64,000 bases of DNA, from assembly GCA_963752285.1 (NCBI GenBank), contig CAVVXN010000005.1, positions 1,760,001-1,824,000 of the forward strand, written 5' to 3'. The position numbers and the translations under genes were made by a program. This document shows positions 19,445 through 29,278 of the stretch, piece after piece. The notes below the pieces were generated by a model. That model was not told the origin of the DNA. It saw only the letters and a program-made list of their open reading frames with translations, and did not search any database. This DNA is from an uncultured Planctomycetota bacterium. Its GTDB lineage: Bacteria > Planctomycetota > PLA2 > JAEUHO01. Within the stretch, counting starts at the first letter, position 1. Each line of letters opens with the position of its first letter.

Positions 19445-19849
19445 TCAGCCGACGAGCGTCTCCAGGGTCACGGAGGCGAACGTGCACGAGACGAGCTCCG
19501 AGACCTCGTCGAAGAGGCTACCGAGCCGGCACCGCGCGTCGTTCCGGGCGCAGGGCGCGCCGTCCCGTTCCTCGAGGAGGCAGCGCCCCGTCGGCCGCGG
19601 CGGATCCTGGACCGCGATCACGTCGAGCACCGTGATCGCGCGCGCGGGACGCGCGAGGACGTACCCGCCGCCGACGCCGCGCACGCCACGCGCGAGCCTC
19701 GACCGCACGAGCTGCTGAAAGACCTTGGCGAGGGCCGTCTTCGGGATCCGGTACCGCGCGGCGACCTCCGCCACGGTGACGGGCCGTTGGTTCGACGCCA
19801 TCTCCATCGCGGCGTAGAGCGCGTAGCGCGTGCTCTTCGAGTACTTCAA
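19445..19849 (-). CDS. Rrf2-family transcriptional regulator (BadM-like by context)
   Basis: KSTRYAL, LAKVFQQL, RGVGGGYVLARP, three Cys (C-x9-C-x6-C); overlaps the upstream GNAT stop. Confidence 0.88.
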   Translation of the reverse strand: MKYSKSTRYALYAAMEMASNQRPVTVAEVAARYRIPKTALAKVFQQLVRSRLARGVRGVGGGYVLARPARAITVLDVIAVQDPPRPTGRCLLEERDGAPCARNDARCRLGSLFDEVSELVSCTFASVTLETLVG

Positions 19850-20388
19850 GACGGCGACGTCTCCTCGCGGTGCCGCGCGGCCTCGAGGTCGAGGTCGAGC
19901 GCGATCCGCGGCGCCGGCAGGAAGCCGATGTGGTGGAAGAACGACAGGAGCTCCGGATCCTGCCAGCGAACCTCCGTCTCGAGTCGCGGGATGCCGAGGC
20001 CGAGGAGGTTGGTCCGGAGCTGGCGGAGCAGCGCGCGGCCCACGCCCCGCCCGGCGAGGTCCGGCTCGACGCCCAGCGTGTCGAGGATGGCGACCTTTTC
20101 GACGGCGCCGAACTCGCCGTAGAACACGCGGGCGAGGAGGAAGCCCGCGAACTGGCCGTCGATCTCCGCCGCCAGGGACACCTTGATCCCCGACTCCTGG
20201 AGCGCCTGCTGGAGCTTCATGCGGAAGTACTCCTCGCGGCGCCGTCCCGTGACGCGCTGGTCCACGCGCACGACCGCCTCCAGGTCGCGGGGGCGGAGCG
20301 ACCGAACGACGGCGGAGGCGTTCGCCGTCGGGGCGGCGCCCGCCGGGCTGTTCGAGTCCCGTTCCATGCCGATCCTTTCCGAGGCCAC
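19846..20388 (-). CDS. GNAT N-acetyltransferase (BadL-like by context)
   Basis: LGVEPDLAGRGVGRALL acetyl-CoA motif; FFHHIGF. Confidence 0.85.
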   Translation of the reverse strand: MASERIGMERDSNSPAGAAPTANASAVVRSLRPRDLEAVVRVDQRVTGRRREEYFRMKLQQALQESGIKVSLAAEIDGQFAGFLLARVFYGEFGAVEKVAILDTLGVEPDLAGRGVGRALLRQLRTNLLGLGIPRLETEVRWQDPELLSFFHHIGFLPAPRIALDLDLEAARHREETSPS

Positions 20389-20391
20389 GCC

Positions 20392-21141
20392 TCAGGCCAT
20401 GAGCTGGCCGCCGTCCACCCGGAGTACCTGTCCCGTGACGTGACGCGAGAGGTCCGAGACGAGGAACAGCACGGACCCCGCCACGTCCTCGGGCGCACCG
20501 ATCCGACCGAGCGCCGTCTCGCGTACCGCCGCCTCCTTGACCGGGTCCGGGAGGCCGGCGGTCATCGGCGTCTCGATCAGGCCCGGCGCGACGACGTTCA
20601 CGCGGATCCCGAATCGCCCGACCTCGCGTGCCAGGCTCCGCGCGAGCCCGATCAGACCGGCCTTGCTCGCCGCGTAGTTCGACTGGCCGAGCTTCCCCCG
20701 CTCACCGTTGATCGAGGAGACGAGGACGACGCGCCCGTCCCCTCTCGCCCGCATGCGGGGGACGGCCAGCCGGAGCAGGTGAAACGCCGAGTCGAGGTTC
20801 ACGCGAAGGACCTGCTCCCACGCCGCGCGGTCCATCTTCCAGAGAACCGCGTCCCGCGTCAGACCCGCAGAGTGCACCAGCACGTCCACGCCGCCCAGGG
20901 ACCGGTCGAGCGCGGGGCCGAGCGCCTCGATCGCGTCGGGGTCGCCCAGGTCGCAGGGGAGGTCCACGACGCCCTCGGGTCCGGGGTGCCCGTCCAGGTC
21001 CACGCTCGCGACCCGCGCGCCACAGAGGAGCAGGTCGCGGGCGATCGCGGAACCGATGCCGCCGCCCGCGCCGCTCACGACGGCCGCCTTGCCGGCGAGC
21101 GACAGGCGGGCCGCCGGCGAAGCGGGCGCCGCGGAGGTCAA
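20392..21141 (-). CDS. Short-chain dehydrogenase/reductase (3-oxoacyl/acetoacetyl-CoA reductase-like)
   Basis: SGAGGGIG, YAASK, VNVVAPG, VTGQVLRVDGG; TTG start overlapping the bcrD stop. Confidence 0.85.
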   Translation of the reverse strand: MTSAAPASPAARLSLAGKAAVVSGAGGGIGSAIARDLLLCGARVASVDLDGHPGPEGVVDLPCDLGDPDAIEALGPALDRSLGGVDVLVHSAGLTRDAVLWKMDRAAWEQVLRVNLDSAFHLLRLAVPRMRARGDGRVVLVSSINGERGKLGQSNYAASKAGLIGLARSLAREVGRFGIRVNVVAPGLIETPMTAGLPDPVKEAAVRETALGRIGAPEDVAGSVLFLVSDLSRHVTGQVLRVDGGQLMA

Positions 21142-21998
21142 GCGCTCCCCCCGAAGGCGAGCCCCTCGGCCAGCAGCTTTCGCGCGCGGAAGCCCCCCCA
21201 CAGCGCGGCGCCGAGGGCGCCCGCGAGCACGGAGCTCTCGTGCGCGCGGATCTCGATGCCGGCCCCCGACTCGGCGGCCACCTCGCGCATCGCCTGGAGC
21301 AGCCCGACGTCCATCGCGAGACCGCCCGTCACGAGCACCGGGCCCTCGGCCTTCGCGGAGGTCAGGAGGCGCACGTAGCGACCCGCCATGGAGAGGTGGA
21401 TCCCCTTGAGGATGTTCGGGATCGAGACGCCGCGCGACACCATGTTGATCACGTCGGTCTCGGCGAGCACGGCGCAGATCGAGGAGCACTTCTCCGGGTC
21501 GTCGGACTGGAGCGACAGGGGCCCGATCTCCGCGATCGTGACGCCGAGGTAGCGACAGATGTTCTCGAGGAACTGCCCGGACCCGCTCGCGCACTGGCTC
21601 GTCATGCGGTATCCGAGCACCTTCGCGCGGCTGTCCACGATGACGGCGCGCGCGTGCAGGGCGCCGACGTCCACGAGCGCGCGCACGTCGGGGTCGAGGT
21701 AGAGCGCCCCGCGCGCGTGGGTGGTCATGCCGTAGAAGTGACCGGTGCGGAACGTGACGACCTCGCCTTCGCCCGTCGTCGCCACGTAGTCGAGCTCGTC
21801 GCGGCGTACGCCGGCAGCCGAGAGCGCCGCCTCGAGGGCGGCCTCGGTCACGGGCAGGGGGTCGCGCCGCCGCAGCCGCTCGCCGTGGCCGGCGAGGAGC
21901 ACCTCGCGCCCCGAGGCATCGCTCCGTACGATCGCCACCTTGATGGCCGAGGAGCCGACGTCGATCCCGGCGGAGAGGGTCTCTTCCTTCGTGTTCAT
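21138..21998 (-). CDS. bcrD: Class I benzoyl-CoA reductase subunit D (BcrD/BadG)
   Basis: GIDVGS, ATTGEGE, GHFYGMTTHARGA, MTSQCASGSGQFLENI, CSSICAVLAETDVINMVSRG. Confidence 0.9.
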   Translation of the reverse strand: MNTKEETLSAGIDVGSSAIKVAIVRSDASGREVLLAGHGERLRRRDPLPVTEAALEAALSAAGVRRDELDYVATTGEGEVVTFRTGHFYGMTTHARGALYLDPDVRALVDVGALHARAVIVDSRAKVLGYRMTSQCASGSGQFLENICRYLGVTIAEIGPLSLQSDDPEKCSSICAVLAETDVINMVSRGVSIPNILKGIHLSMAGRYVRLLTSAKAEGPVLVTGGLAMDVGLLQAMREVAAESGAGIEIRAHESSVLAGALGAALWGGFRARKLLAEGLAFGGSA

Positions 21999-23311
21999 GC
22001 CGCCACCTCCTCGGCGTCGGGTCGCGTGACGCCGCGCACCGCGAAGAGCGCGGCGCCGAGGGCGCCCGTGTAGATCGAGTCGGGCGAGATGTTGATCGTG
22101 CGTGCGCCGTAGTTTTCGCCCACGAGCTCCGTGAGCGCCTTCACGGCCTCGGTGTTCTTCGCCACGCCGCCGGTGAACGTGAACTCCTCGCTCACGCCCC
22201 CGGAGCGGGCCAGCAGCGACATGGCCCGCAGCACGATCGCGCGGTGCAGCCCCGACAGGATGTCCTCGCGCCGCTCGCCGAGCGAGAGTCGGTCACGAAG
22301 CTCCGCGCCGGCGAAGACGGTGCACGTCGAGTTGATTCGGACGCGCCGCGTGGCCTGCCCGGCGAGCGGGCCGAGCTCGTGGAGCCCGAGGTTCATCTCG
22401 TCGGCGATGTAGCCGAGGTACCGGCCGCACCCGGCCGCGCACCGGTCGTTCATCTGGAACGAGGTCACGATGCCGTGGTCGTCCACCTGGATGGCCTTCG
22501 TGTCCTGGCCTCCGATGTCGAGGACCGTTCGCGTGCCGGGGAAGAGCTGGTGGGCGCCGAGGCCGTGGCAGAGGATCTCCGAACGGATGCGCGCCTCGGG
22601 GAAGGGAAGCCGCGCGCGGCCGTAGCCCGTGCCGACGCTCCCCACCTGCTCGAGGTGGACGGCGAGTGCGCGCTCGATCGCCGGCGCGAGCTCGGGGGCC
22701 GGCTCGTCGAGCGCGGCCACGGCGGCCCCGGCGTGGTCGGAGAACGAGCCGACGGCCTCGGGGGAGTTCTCGACCTCGAGGATCGCCTTGTCGTAGAGGC
22801 CGGTGAGCTCGTCGAAGGAGCCGTCGCCCGCGCGCGCGACCTCCTCCGCGAGGGCGAGGTACCGGCTCCCGGCGAGGTCGCGGAAGAAGTCGCTCTTGCG
22901 GCTCGCTCCCGGCGCGAAGAGCGCGCGGGTCTCGTCGCGCATCGTCCCCGCGATCCGATCGAGGGCGGCGCGGGTCCGGTCTCGCGAAGCCAGCGCCCCC
23001 GCGTGGGACGACAACCGCGTCTCGAGGCTGTCGAGCTGCCGCCGGTACTGCTGCTCGCGGAAGCGGAGCTCGTACCGGCGCAGCAGGTCGTTGGCCCGCG
23101 TTCGCTCCACGCCCGCGCGGTCCAGCGTCTCCGCGAGGAGGGCGAACCGCGCGTGGATCAACGCCTCGCCCAGGGCGACCTGGCAGGCGACGTCGTAGTT
23201 GCTCCGGCTGTTCGTGATGCCGCGGCCGAGGACGACGTCGCCCTCGCCGAGCACGACGGCCTTCGTGGTCGTGGACCCGAGGTCGATCCCCACCCAGTAC
23301 GGCGTGCTCAC
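21995..23311 (-). CDS. bcrA: Class I benzoyl-CoA reductase subunit A (BcrA/BadF)
   Basis: GIDLGSTTTK, GITNSRSNY, RSEILCHGLGA, DIGGQDTK, FQMNDRCAAGCGRYL, NSTCTVFAG; GTG start 23311. Confidence 0.92.
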   Translation of the reverse strand: MSTPYWVGIDLGSTTTKAVVLGEGDVVLGRGITNSRSNYDVACQVALGEALIHARFALLAETLDRAGVERTRANDLLRRYELRFREQQYRRQLDSLETRLSSHAGALASRDRTRAALDRIAGTMRDETRALFAPGASRKSDFFRDLAGSRYLALAEEVARAGDGSFDELTGLYDKAILEVENSPEAVGSFSDHAGAAVAALDEPAPELAPAIERALAVHLEQVGSVGTGYGRARLPFPEARIRSEILCHGLGAHQLFPGTRTVLDIGGQDTKAIQVDDHGIVTSFQMNDRCAAGCGRYLGYIADEMNLGLHELGPLAGQATRRVRINSTCTVFAGAELRDRLSLGERREDILSGLHRAIVLRAMSLLARSGGVSEEFTFTGGVAKNTEAVKALTELVGENYGARTINISPDSIYTGALGAALFAVRGVTRPDAEEVAA

Positions 23312-24600
23312 CGTTCCCCCCCTCCCGTCGACCGCTCGCGCTTCTGGTCGATCATCTGGAAGTACGACTCGAGACGGTTCTTGATGTTGGAGGCCGAGAA
23401 GTAGCGGGGGTCCACGAGGTCGCTCTCGACGAACCCGCCCGGCCGCTTCGTTCGCTCCTCGACCTGGCGCAGGATCATGAGCTGACCGGCGCTGAACGAG
23501 TTGCAGCTCTTGACCGAGTTGATGAGGAAGCCGTCGGCGTCGTACTCCTCGACGTAGCGAGAGATCAGGTCGACCCGCGACGGCAGGTTCAGGTTCGTGT
23601 AGCAGCCCATGCAGTAGTTCGCGAGCGTCTCGAGGGGATGGTCCGGGTCGTGGCGGAACCCCTGGTCGTAGACGCCGCCGACCTTCGTGTACGTGGACGC
23701 GACGACGACCGCCTTCTCGTCGGAGAACATCTTCCAGAACTGGCGGAACGAGGTCCAGTTCGGCGGGCCCTCGACCACGACGCGGTAGCGCTCCTCGTCG
23801 AGCTCGCCCTCGGGCGTCACGGGCCCCTTGCCGAGCCGGATCCGCTCCTCGACCTCCTGTCGGAGCTCGCGGTAGTAGAGGACGGCCTCCTCCGTGCCCC
23901 GGAACGCGGTGAAGATCGGTCCGATGTAGTAGACGCCGCCGAAGTACGCGTCGATCGGGGACGGCCGGTGCTTCGCGGACTCGAGGACCCACACGAGGTC
24001 GTCCTCGGCTCGCGCGGACCGCCGGAGGAGCTCCTTCAGACGGTCCTCGTCGTAGGCCTGCCCGCTGATGCGCTCGAGGGCCGGAATCACCTTCTTCTCG
24101 AGCTGGTCCACCACGTACCGGCGCATCGCGTCGGTCACGCGGCCCTCCCCCTGGTACGGAACGTGGAGCATCACGACCGGGCAGTCGTACTCCTGGCCCA
24201 GGATCTCGAACCACTTCATGAAGGTGAAGCAGCCCGTGTACGAGAGCAGGAGCAGGTTCGGGTCGGGAAGCCTCTGGCCCGTCGGGCCGACGTTGCCGCT
24301 CTTGAGCATCCCGAGGTCGCACTTCACGTACGTGCAGACGTCCTCGGAGTGGCCGAGGCGCTCGGCGAGCGCGATGTAGTCGCGCGACTTGCCGCGCATG
24401 CCCGACTGCAACGCGTTGATCTCGGGCAGGACGGGCAGGACGTCGAACGAGAGCAGGAGCTCGGTGAGGTTTCCGGGGACGAACGTGTACGCACACGGCC
24501 GCCCCTCGTCGGGCGCGCGGGCGAGACGGTCGAAGTGACCGGCGATCATCCGCTTCTGGCGTTCCTGGCTCTGGTCCTTGAGGGCGCCGGTCTGGCTCAT
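23308..24600 (-). CDS. bcrB: Class I benzoyl-CoA reductase subunit B (BcrB/BadE)
   Basis: TFVPGNLTEL, GHSEDVCTYVK, SYTGCFTFMKWFE, NSVKSCNSFSAGQ, ESDLVDPRYFS; ATG 24600. Confidence 0.92.
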   Translation of the reverse strand: MSQTGALKDQSQERQKRMIAGHFDRLARAPDEGRPCAYTFVPGNLTELLLSFDVLPVLPEINALQSGMRGKSRDYIALAERLGHSEDVCTYVKCDLGMLKSGNVGPTGQRLPDPNLLLLSYTGCFTFMKWFEILGQEYDCPVVMLHVPYQGEGRVTDAMRRYVVDQLEKKVIPALERISGQAYDEDRLKELLRRSARAEDDLVWVLESAKHRPSPIDAYFGGVYYIGPIFTAFRGTEEAVLYYRELRQEVEERIRLGKGPVTPEGELDEERYRVVVEGPPNWTSFRQFWKMFSDEKAVVVASTYTKVGGVYDQGFRHDPDHPLETLANYCMGCYTNLNLPSRVDLISRYVEEYDADGFLINSVKSCNSFSAGQLMILRQVEERTKRPGGFVESDLVDPRYFSASNIKNRLESYFQMIDQKRERSTGGGER

Positions 24601-25805
24601 GCGGGGACCTCCGCTCGGGCCGCCTGGTCCGAGCCGTCCGTGCTCCACAGCTTGATCGAGTCGGCGAAGGTGCCGGCCTGCTCGCGGATGACCTGGAACT
24701 GGCCCGAGTTCTCGCTGTACTTGAACGCGGTCCACGGGATCCCGGCCCGCTCGACCGCCTTCACGCACATCGGCTGGTCGAGCAGCGCCGGGTCACAGAA
24801 GGACGGGGCGCAGAAGAGCACGCCCTCAGCGCGCGACGCGGCGACGCGCTCCAGCAGGTCGCGCCCCTTCTCGTCCTGGTCGATGTAGCGGATCGGGCTC
24901 GCGACCCCGTCCTCGAGGAAGGCGCGGACCAGGGCGTCGAGCGGGTCCCCCTGGGTCGAGACCTCGCGACGGATCCACCGGTGCACCGAGACGAAGTCGT
25001 CGTCGACGATGTAGCACCCGGCGCGTTCGAGCGTCTTGATGAGACCGAGCGGGGGCTGCTCGCAGAACGAGCCCGTCAGCAGAACCCGCGCCTGGTCCAT
25101 CGGACGGCGCGTGTCGTCCGCCTCGACCGCGTCTCGGTACGCGCGAAGCATCTCGGTGTGCTCCTCGGGTGGGAGCAGGGTCCCCGCGCGCGCGAGGAGG
25201 TAGAGCTCGTGCGTCGGCACCTTCCACGGCGCGTCCCGGCGGAGCGCGTAGAGGTCCCGGACGGTCCGACGGTTCTCGTCGTAGACGACGATCGCGCGGC
25301 GGAGCGCCTCGGGCTCGTAGGGGCGCGCGCCCCGCGCGGCGAGCTCCTCGGCCAACGAGAGCAGCTCGTGCCGGTAGAAGGTGCCGCCGACGGCCGGGTC
25401 GAAGTCCTGCGGGACGTCGAGGTACCGGACGAGCTTCTGCGGGAAGAGCATCGTCCACATCCCGGAGAGGTTCCGGATCACGTCGCACGTGGCCGGGAAC
25501 AGCATCCCGTCGAGGACGTCGAGGCTCCCGTTCAGCCCGAGCTCGATCGTGCTGCGTGGGATGTGGCAGATGTACGACTGGTAGTACGCGTCCCCGCGGA
25601 TGATCTCGAGGTCCTCGCCCGCGCCGAGGACGCCGACCGGGAGCACGCCCTGTGCGTAGAGGAGCTCGCGGGGCACGTAGACCGGCATGTAGCCGATCGC
25701 GAGCCCGCCGGTCCGCTCCTTCCACGCGCGAACGGCGCCGAGCCGGTGGTCCTGGACCAGCGCCTCGGCCCGCTCCACGATCGAGACGTGTCCGGCCTCG
25801 CTCAT
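24597..25805 (-). CDS. bcrC: Class I benzoyl-CoA reductase subunit C (BcrC/BadD)
   Basis: GDAYYQSYICHIPRSTIELG, CDVIRNLSG, GSFCEQPPL, PSFCDPALLD, QFQVIREQAGTFADSIKLW. Confidence 0.92.
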   Translation of the reverse strand: MSEAGHVSIVERAEALVQDHRLGAVRAWKERTGGLAIGYMPVYVPRELLYAQGVLPVGVLGAGEDLEIIRGDAYYQSYICHIPRSTIELGLNGSLDVLDGMLFPATCDVIRNLSGMWTMLFPQKLVRYLDVPQDFDPAVGGTFYRHELLSLAEELAARGARPYEPEALRRAIVVYDENRRTVRDLYALRRDAPWKVPTHELYLLARAGTLLPPEEHTEMLRAYRDAVEADDTRRPMDQARVLLTGSFCEQPPLGLIKTLERAGCYIVDDDFVSVHRWIRREVSTQGDPLDALVRAFLEDGVASPIRYIDQDEKGRDLLERVAASRAEGVLFCAPSFCDPALLDQPMCVKAVERAGIPWTAFKYSENSGQFQVIREQAGTFADSIKLWSTDGSDQAARAEVPA

Positions 25806-25821
25806 CGATCCCTCCCCGCGC

Positions 25822-26595
25822 TCACCGGTTCGTCCAGACCGGCGGGCGCTTGTCGAGGAAGGCCTGGATGCCCTCCTTCGCGTCGTTCGTGGCCATCAGG
25901 TCCTCGAGGTAGAGGCGCTCGATCGCCGGGAGGTCCTCCCGGAGCCGCCGGTCGAGCGACCAGCGGACTGCCCGGACGGCGCGTCGGAGCGCCGCCGCGG
26001 AGAGCGGGACGAGATGCTCCCGGATCCAGAGGACCGCCGCGGCCGTCGGGTCGTCGGCGACCTGGTCCACGAGGGCGAGGTCCAGGGCGTCCTCGGCCGA
26101 GATCACGCGCCCGGTGAGGCAGAGGTCCTCGGCGGCCGGACGGCCGATCCGCTCGGGAAGGATCACCGAGGCGATCGGGGCGAGCACGCCGAGGCGGATC
26201 TCCGGCTGGCCCAGACGGGCGTCGGGCGACGCCACGACACGGTGCGCGAACGCCGCCAGCTCGAGACCGCCCCCGAGGCACTGTCCCCGCACCACCGCGA
26301 CGATCGGGACCGACGCCTCGGCCATCGTCAGGAACAGCGCGTGGAACGAGGCGAGCATCTCCCCCACCCGGTCGGGGAGGTGCTCGGCGACGGAGGCCCC
26401 GAACGAGAAGTTCGGCCCCTCGCCCTCGAGGAGCACCGCCTTCACCGCGCTCGCGCGCGCGGGCCCGCGGAAGGCCCGGTCGAGCGCGGCGACGGTCGCC
26501 GCGTCGATCACGTTCGCCTTGGGTGTCGCGAGCACGAGATGGACGACGGCGCCGTCCAGGAGCGACCCGACCCGTACCGGCTCGCCGGTCGTCAT
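25822..26595 (-). CDS. dch: Cyclohexa-1,5-dienecarbonyl-CoA hydratase (crotonase family)
   Basis: PKANVID, FSFGASVAEH, CLGGGLEL, GQPEIRLGV; position in the bcr cluster. Confidence 0.85.
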   Translation of the reverse strand: MTTGEPVRVGSLLDGAVVHLVLATPKANVIDAATVAALDRAFRGPARASAVKAVLLEGEGPNFSFGASVAEHLPDRVGEMLASFHALFLTMAEASVPIVAVVRGQCLGGGLELAAFAHRVVASPDARLGQPEIRLGVLAPIASVILPERIGRPAAEDLCLTGRVISAEDALDLALVDQVADDPTAAAVLWIREHLVPLSAAALRRAVRAVRWSLDRRLREDLPAIERLYLEDLMATNDAKEGIQAFLDKRPPVWTNR

Positions 26596-27059
26596 GACCC
26601 CTCCACGATGTCACGCTCGAGCTGAACGTAGGGCCCGCCCACGAAGCGCTGCGAGCGAAAGAAGGAGAGCACGGGCACGTCGCCCCGCCGGACCATGGTC
26701 CGGACGCGGGTCATGCCGAGCTCCCGGAAGCGGCGTGTCGCCGCCTCGAGCAGCGCGGAGGCGTGACCCCGACGGCGCGACGCGTCGTCGATGCCCACGG
26801 CGAACACCCAGCCGCAGGGCTCGGATCCGAACTCGAACGCGCGCACCTCGGCGAAGAGGAACCCGGCCAGACCGCCGGCCCCGTCGTCGATGCCGAAACC
26901 GAAGGTCTTCGCACGCCCGGTCTCGCCGAGGAACGAGGAGAAGACGCCCTCCCAGTAGGCCGGCTTCGGCGCGCCGGTCTGGTCTGCGTCGATCCGGACG
27001 ACCTCCGCGAGGTCGGTCGCCTCGAGCGCGCGCGGGACGAGGGCGGTCTGGCCCGACAT
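26592..27059 (-). CDS. GNAT N-acetyltransferase (second BadL-like paralog)
   Basis: GFLFAEVRAFEFGSEPCGWVFAVG, RRRGHASALL, VRTMV, LSFFRSQ. Confidence 0.85.
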   Translation of the reverse strand: MSGQTALVPRALEATDLAEVVRIDADQTGAPKPAYWEGVFSSFLGETGRAKTFGFGIDDGAGGLAGFLFAEVRAFEFGSEPCGWVFAVGIDDASRRRGHASALLEAATRRFRELGMTRVRTMVRRGDVPVLSFFRSQRFVGGPYVQLERDIVEGS

Positions 27060-27062
27060 GGA

Positions 27063-28178
27063 TCAGGCCTTTCCGTGCGCCTTCCCGAGCACCTCCTCGG
27101 TCAGCGCGTCGCTCCACGCCGCGCCGTCGGCGAGCCGCTGGCGCAGCAGGAGGAAGTCGGGCTCGCGACAGGCCTTCGAGCCCTCGTGGAACGCCCGGAA
27201 TCCCGCGCGGCCCTCGGTCATCATGTTCAGACCGAGCCACGCGCGGTTCGTCTCGCAGTTCCGGTCCCAGTGGAGGAGCTTGTGCTTGCGCACGCTCTCC
27301 ACCGTCTTCGCGAGGCAGCCCGGCATGGTGAGCGCGAGCGACGTCACGAGCTCGTCCACGGCCTGGTCGAGGGGGCCGAGGTCCACGGACCCCCGGCGGA
27401 GCAGGGCCTTCGCCTCGTCGCGCGCCGGCCCCTGCTTGACCTCGCCGTACACGATCCGCCCGCTGTCGTCGATCCAGCGGTCCGTCACGGCCATCGGGTT
27501 CGAGACGAGCTCGCCGTCCACCCGCAGGGCGGGGACGATCTTCGTCACGAGGCCGAGGCGGTACGCCTTGTGCGCGGTCCACGTCTCGCAGAGGGTGCAC
27601 GACTCCATGGCGCGCTCGACGCCGACGAAGAGCGGGAGGAAGTCGGTGGAGCCGCCGTCCGGCGCCGAGCCGTGCTTCGGGCCCGCTTGTCCGAAGAGCG
27701 CCAGGTCCTGCGCGACCGTGAAGTCGCACGCCATCCCGATCTCCTGGCCGCCCGCGATGCGCATCCCGTTGACCCGACAGATCACCGGCTTGTCCACGTG
27801 GAGGATCGACGAGACCATGTCGTTGAAGAGCCGCATGTACTGGCGGTACTCTTCGGGACGCCCTGCGTAGTAGGTGGCGTACTCCGCGGTGTTGCCGCCG
27901 GTGCAGAACGCGCGGTCGCCGGTCCCCGTGAAGACGACCGCGACGCTCCTGCGGTCGTTCGAGGCGTGCCGCATGGCGAGGATCACGCCCTTTACCATCT
28001 CCGTGGTGTAGGAGTTCAGCTGGCCCGGGTTGTCGAGCGCGATCCGGGTCGCGTGGAGTCCCTCGACCACGGCGCCCGCGGCGTCGTGGACCGGCAATGC
28101 GTCCACGCGGACGCCGGGCACGGCGGGCAGGTCCACGAGGTCGTGGTTCTTGAACTCGAACGCGGTCCGGGTCGTCAT
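27063..28178 (-). CDS. oah: 6-oxocyclohex-1-ene-1-carbonyl-CoA hydrolase
   Basis: LDNPGQLNSYTT, AFCTGGNTAEYATYYAG, YRQYMRLFNDMV, GQAGPKHGSAPDGGSTDFL, NRAWLGLNM. Confidence 0.92.
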   Translation of the reverse strand: MTTRTAFEFKNHDLVDLPAVPGVRVDALPVHDAAGAVVEGLHATRIALDNPGQLNSYTTEMVKGVILAMRHASNDRRSVAVVFTGTGDRAFCTGGNTAEYATYYAGRPEEYRQYMRLFNDMVSSILHVDKPVICRVNGMRIAGGQEIGMACDFTVAQDLALFGQAGPKHGSAPDGGSTDFLPLFVGVERAMESCTLCETWTAHKAYRLGLVTKIVPALRVDGELVSNPMAVTDRWIDDSGRIVYGEVKQGPARDEAKALLRRGSVDLGPLDQAVDELVTSLALTMPGCLAKTVESVRKHKLLHWDRNCETNRAWLGLNMMTEGRAGFRAFHEGSKACREPDFLLLRQRLADGAAWSDALTEEVLGKAHGKA

Positions 28179-28179
28179 C

Positions 28180-29250
28180 TCAAGCCTCCGGCGTGAGGAT
28201 CACGCGCTTCGCCACTCGGTGCGCCCGCAGGTCCTCGAACGTCTCGTTGATCGTCGAGAGCGGACGGTGCTCGACGAACGGAAGGAGGGCGATCCGTCCG
28301 GCGAGACAGTGCTCCAGCACCGCCGGGTAGTGCTCGGGCAGGCAGCCCCAGTTGCCCTCGACCGTGGCGTCGAAGGCCATCAGGTTGGAGAGCCGGACCG
28401 TGACCTTGTCCGGCGTGAACCCGACGATGGAGAGATATCCGCCGTGTTCGAGGAGGCCGAACGCCGTCGTCTGTCCCGCGGCGGTCCCCGACGTCTCGAA
28501 GATGCGGCGCCTCCACGTGGGGACGCCCTTCGCCTTCGCGAACCCCTGGACCTCCTTCCGGATCGACTTGAAGTCCAGGTCGGCGCGCAGCGTGAGCCCG
28601 GCTCCGTGCCGCGAGAGCAGCGCCAGGCGCTCGTCGTCCACGTCGAGCGCCACCACGTGCGCGCCGAGGGCGGCCGCGGCCTGGACGCCGAACCCGCCGA
28701 CGCCGCCGGCGCCGACGAACACCGCGAGGTCGCCCGCCGCGAGTCCGCTCTTCACGATCGCCTGCCACGCCGTAGTGACCGCGTCCGCGAGGACCGAGAG
28801 GACGGAGAGCGAGAGGCAGTTCGGGTTCGCGGTCCGGTCCTCGAGGTCGGGCACGGGACAGAGACCGTGGGCGGGCACGACCACGTGGCTCGCGAACCCG
28901 CCGTGCACGTCGTTCCCCGGAAAGATCTGCTTCGCGCAGATCTGGCCGCGCCCCGCCAGGCACGCGGCGCAGCGCCCGCACGGGATGACCGCTGGCACGA
29001 TGACGGCTCGTCCGAGCCACGCCTCGGCGCCCGGCCCGGCCGACACGACACGCCCGCTCACCTCGTGGCCGAGCGTCAGGGGGAAGGCGTGTCGGGTCGG
29101 GACGCCGTCGTAGAAGAAGCCGAGGTCGGTGTGACACACCCCGCAGCCGGCGACCTCGACCACCACCTCGCCCGCGCCGGCCTCGACCTCGCGGTGGGCC
29201 TCCTCCATCCGGCGGCCCGGCGCATCTGCGATCCACGCCGTGATCTCCAT
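28180..29250 (-). CDS. had: 6-hydroxycyclohex-1-ene-1-carbonyl-CoA dehydrogenase (Zn-dependent)
   Basis: GCGVCHTDLG, LGHEVSG, PCGRCAAC, GAGGVGG, RLSNLMAFDA..GNWGC; ATG 29250. Confidence 0.9.
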   Translation of the reverse strand: MEITAWIADAPGRRMEEAHREVEAGAGEVVVEVAGCGVCHTDLGFFYDGVPTRHAFPLTLGHEVSGRVVSAGPGAEAWLGRAVIVPAVIPCGRCAACLAGRGQICAKQIFPGNDVHGGFASHVVVPAHGLCPVPDLEDRTANPNCLSLSVLSVLADAVTTAWQAIVKSGLAAGDLAVFVGAGGVGGFGVQAAAALGAHVVALDVDDERLALLSRHGAGLTLRADLDFKSIRKEVQGFAKAKGVPTWRRRIFETSGTAAGQTTAFGLLEHGGYLSIVGFTPDKVTVRLSNLMAFDATVEGNWGCLPEHYPAVLEHCLAGRIALLPFVEHRPLSTINETFEDLRAHRVAKRVILTPEA

Positions 29251-29278
29251 GTCCGCTCCCGCTCCCGCGTGACCCGGA

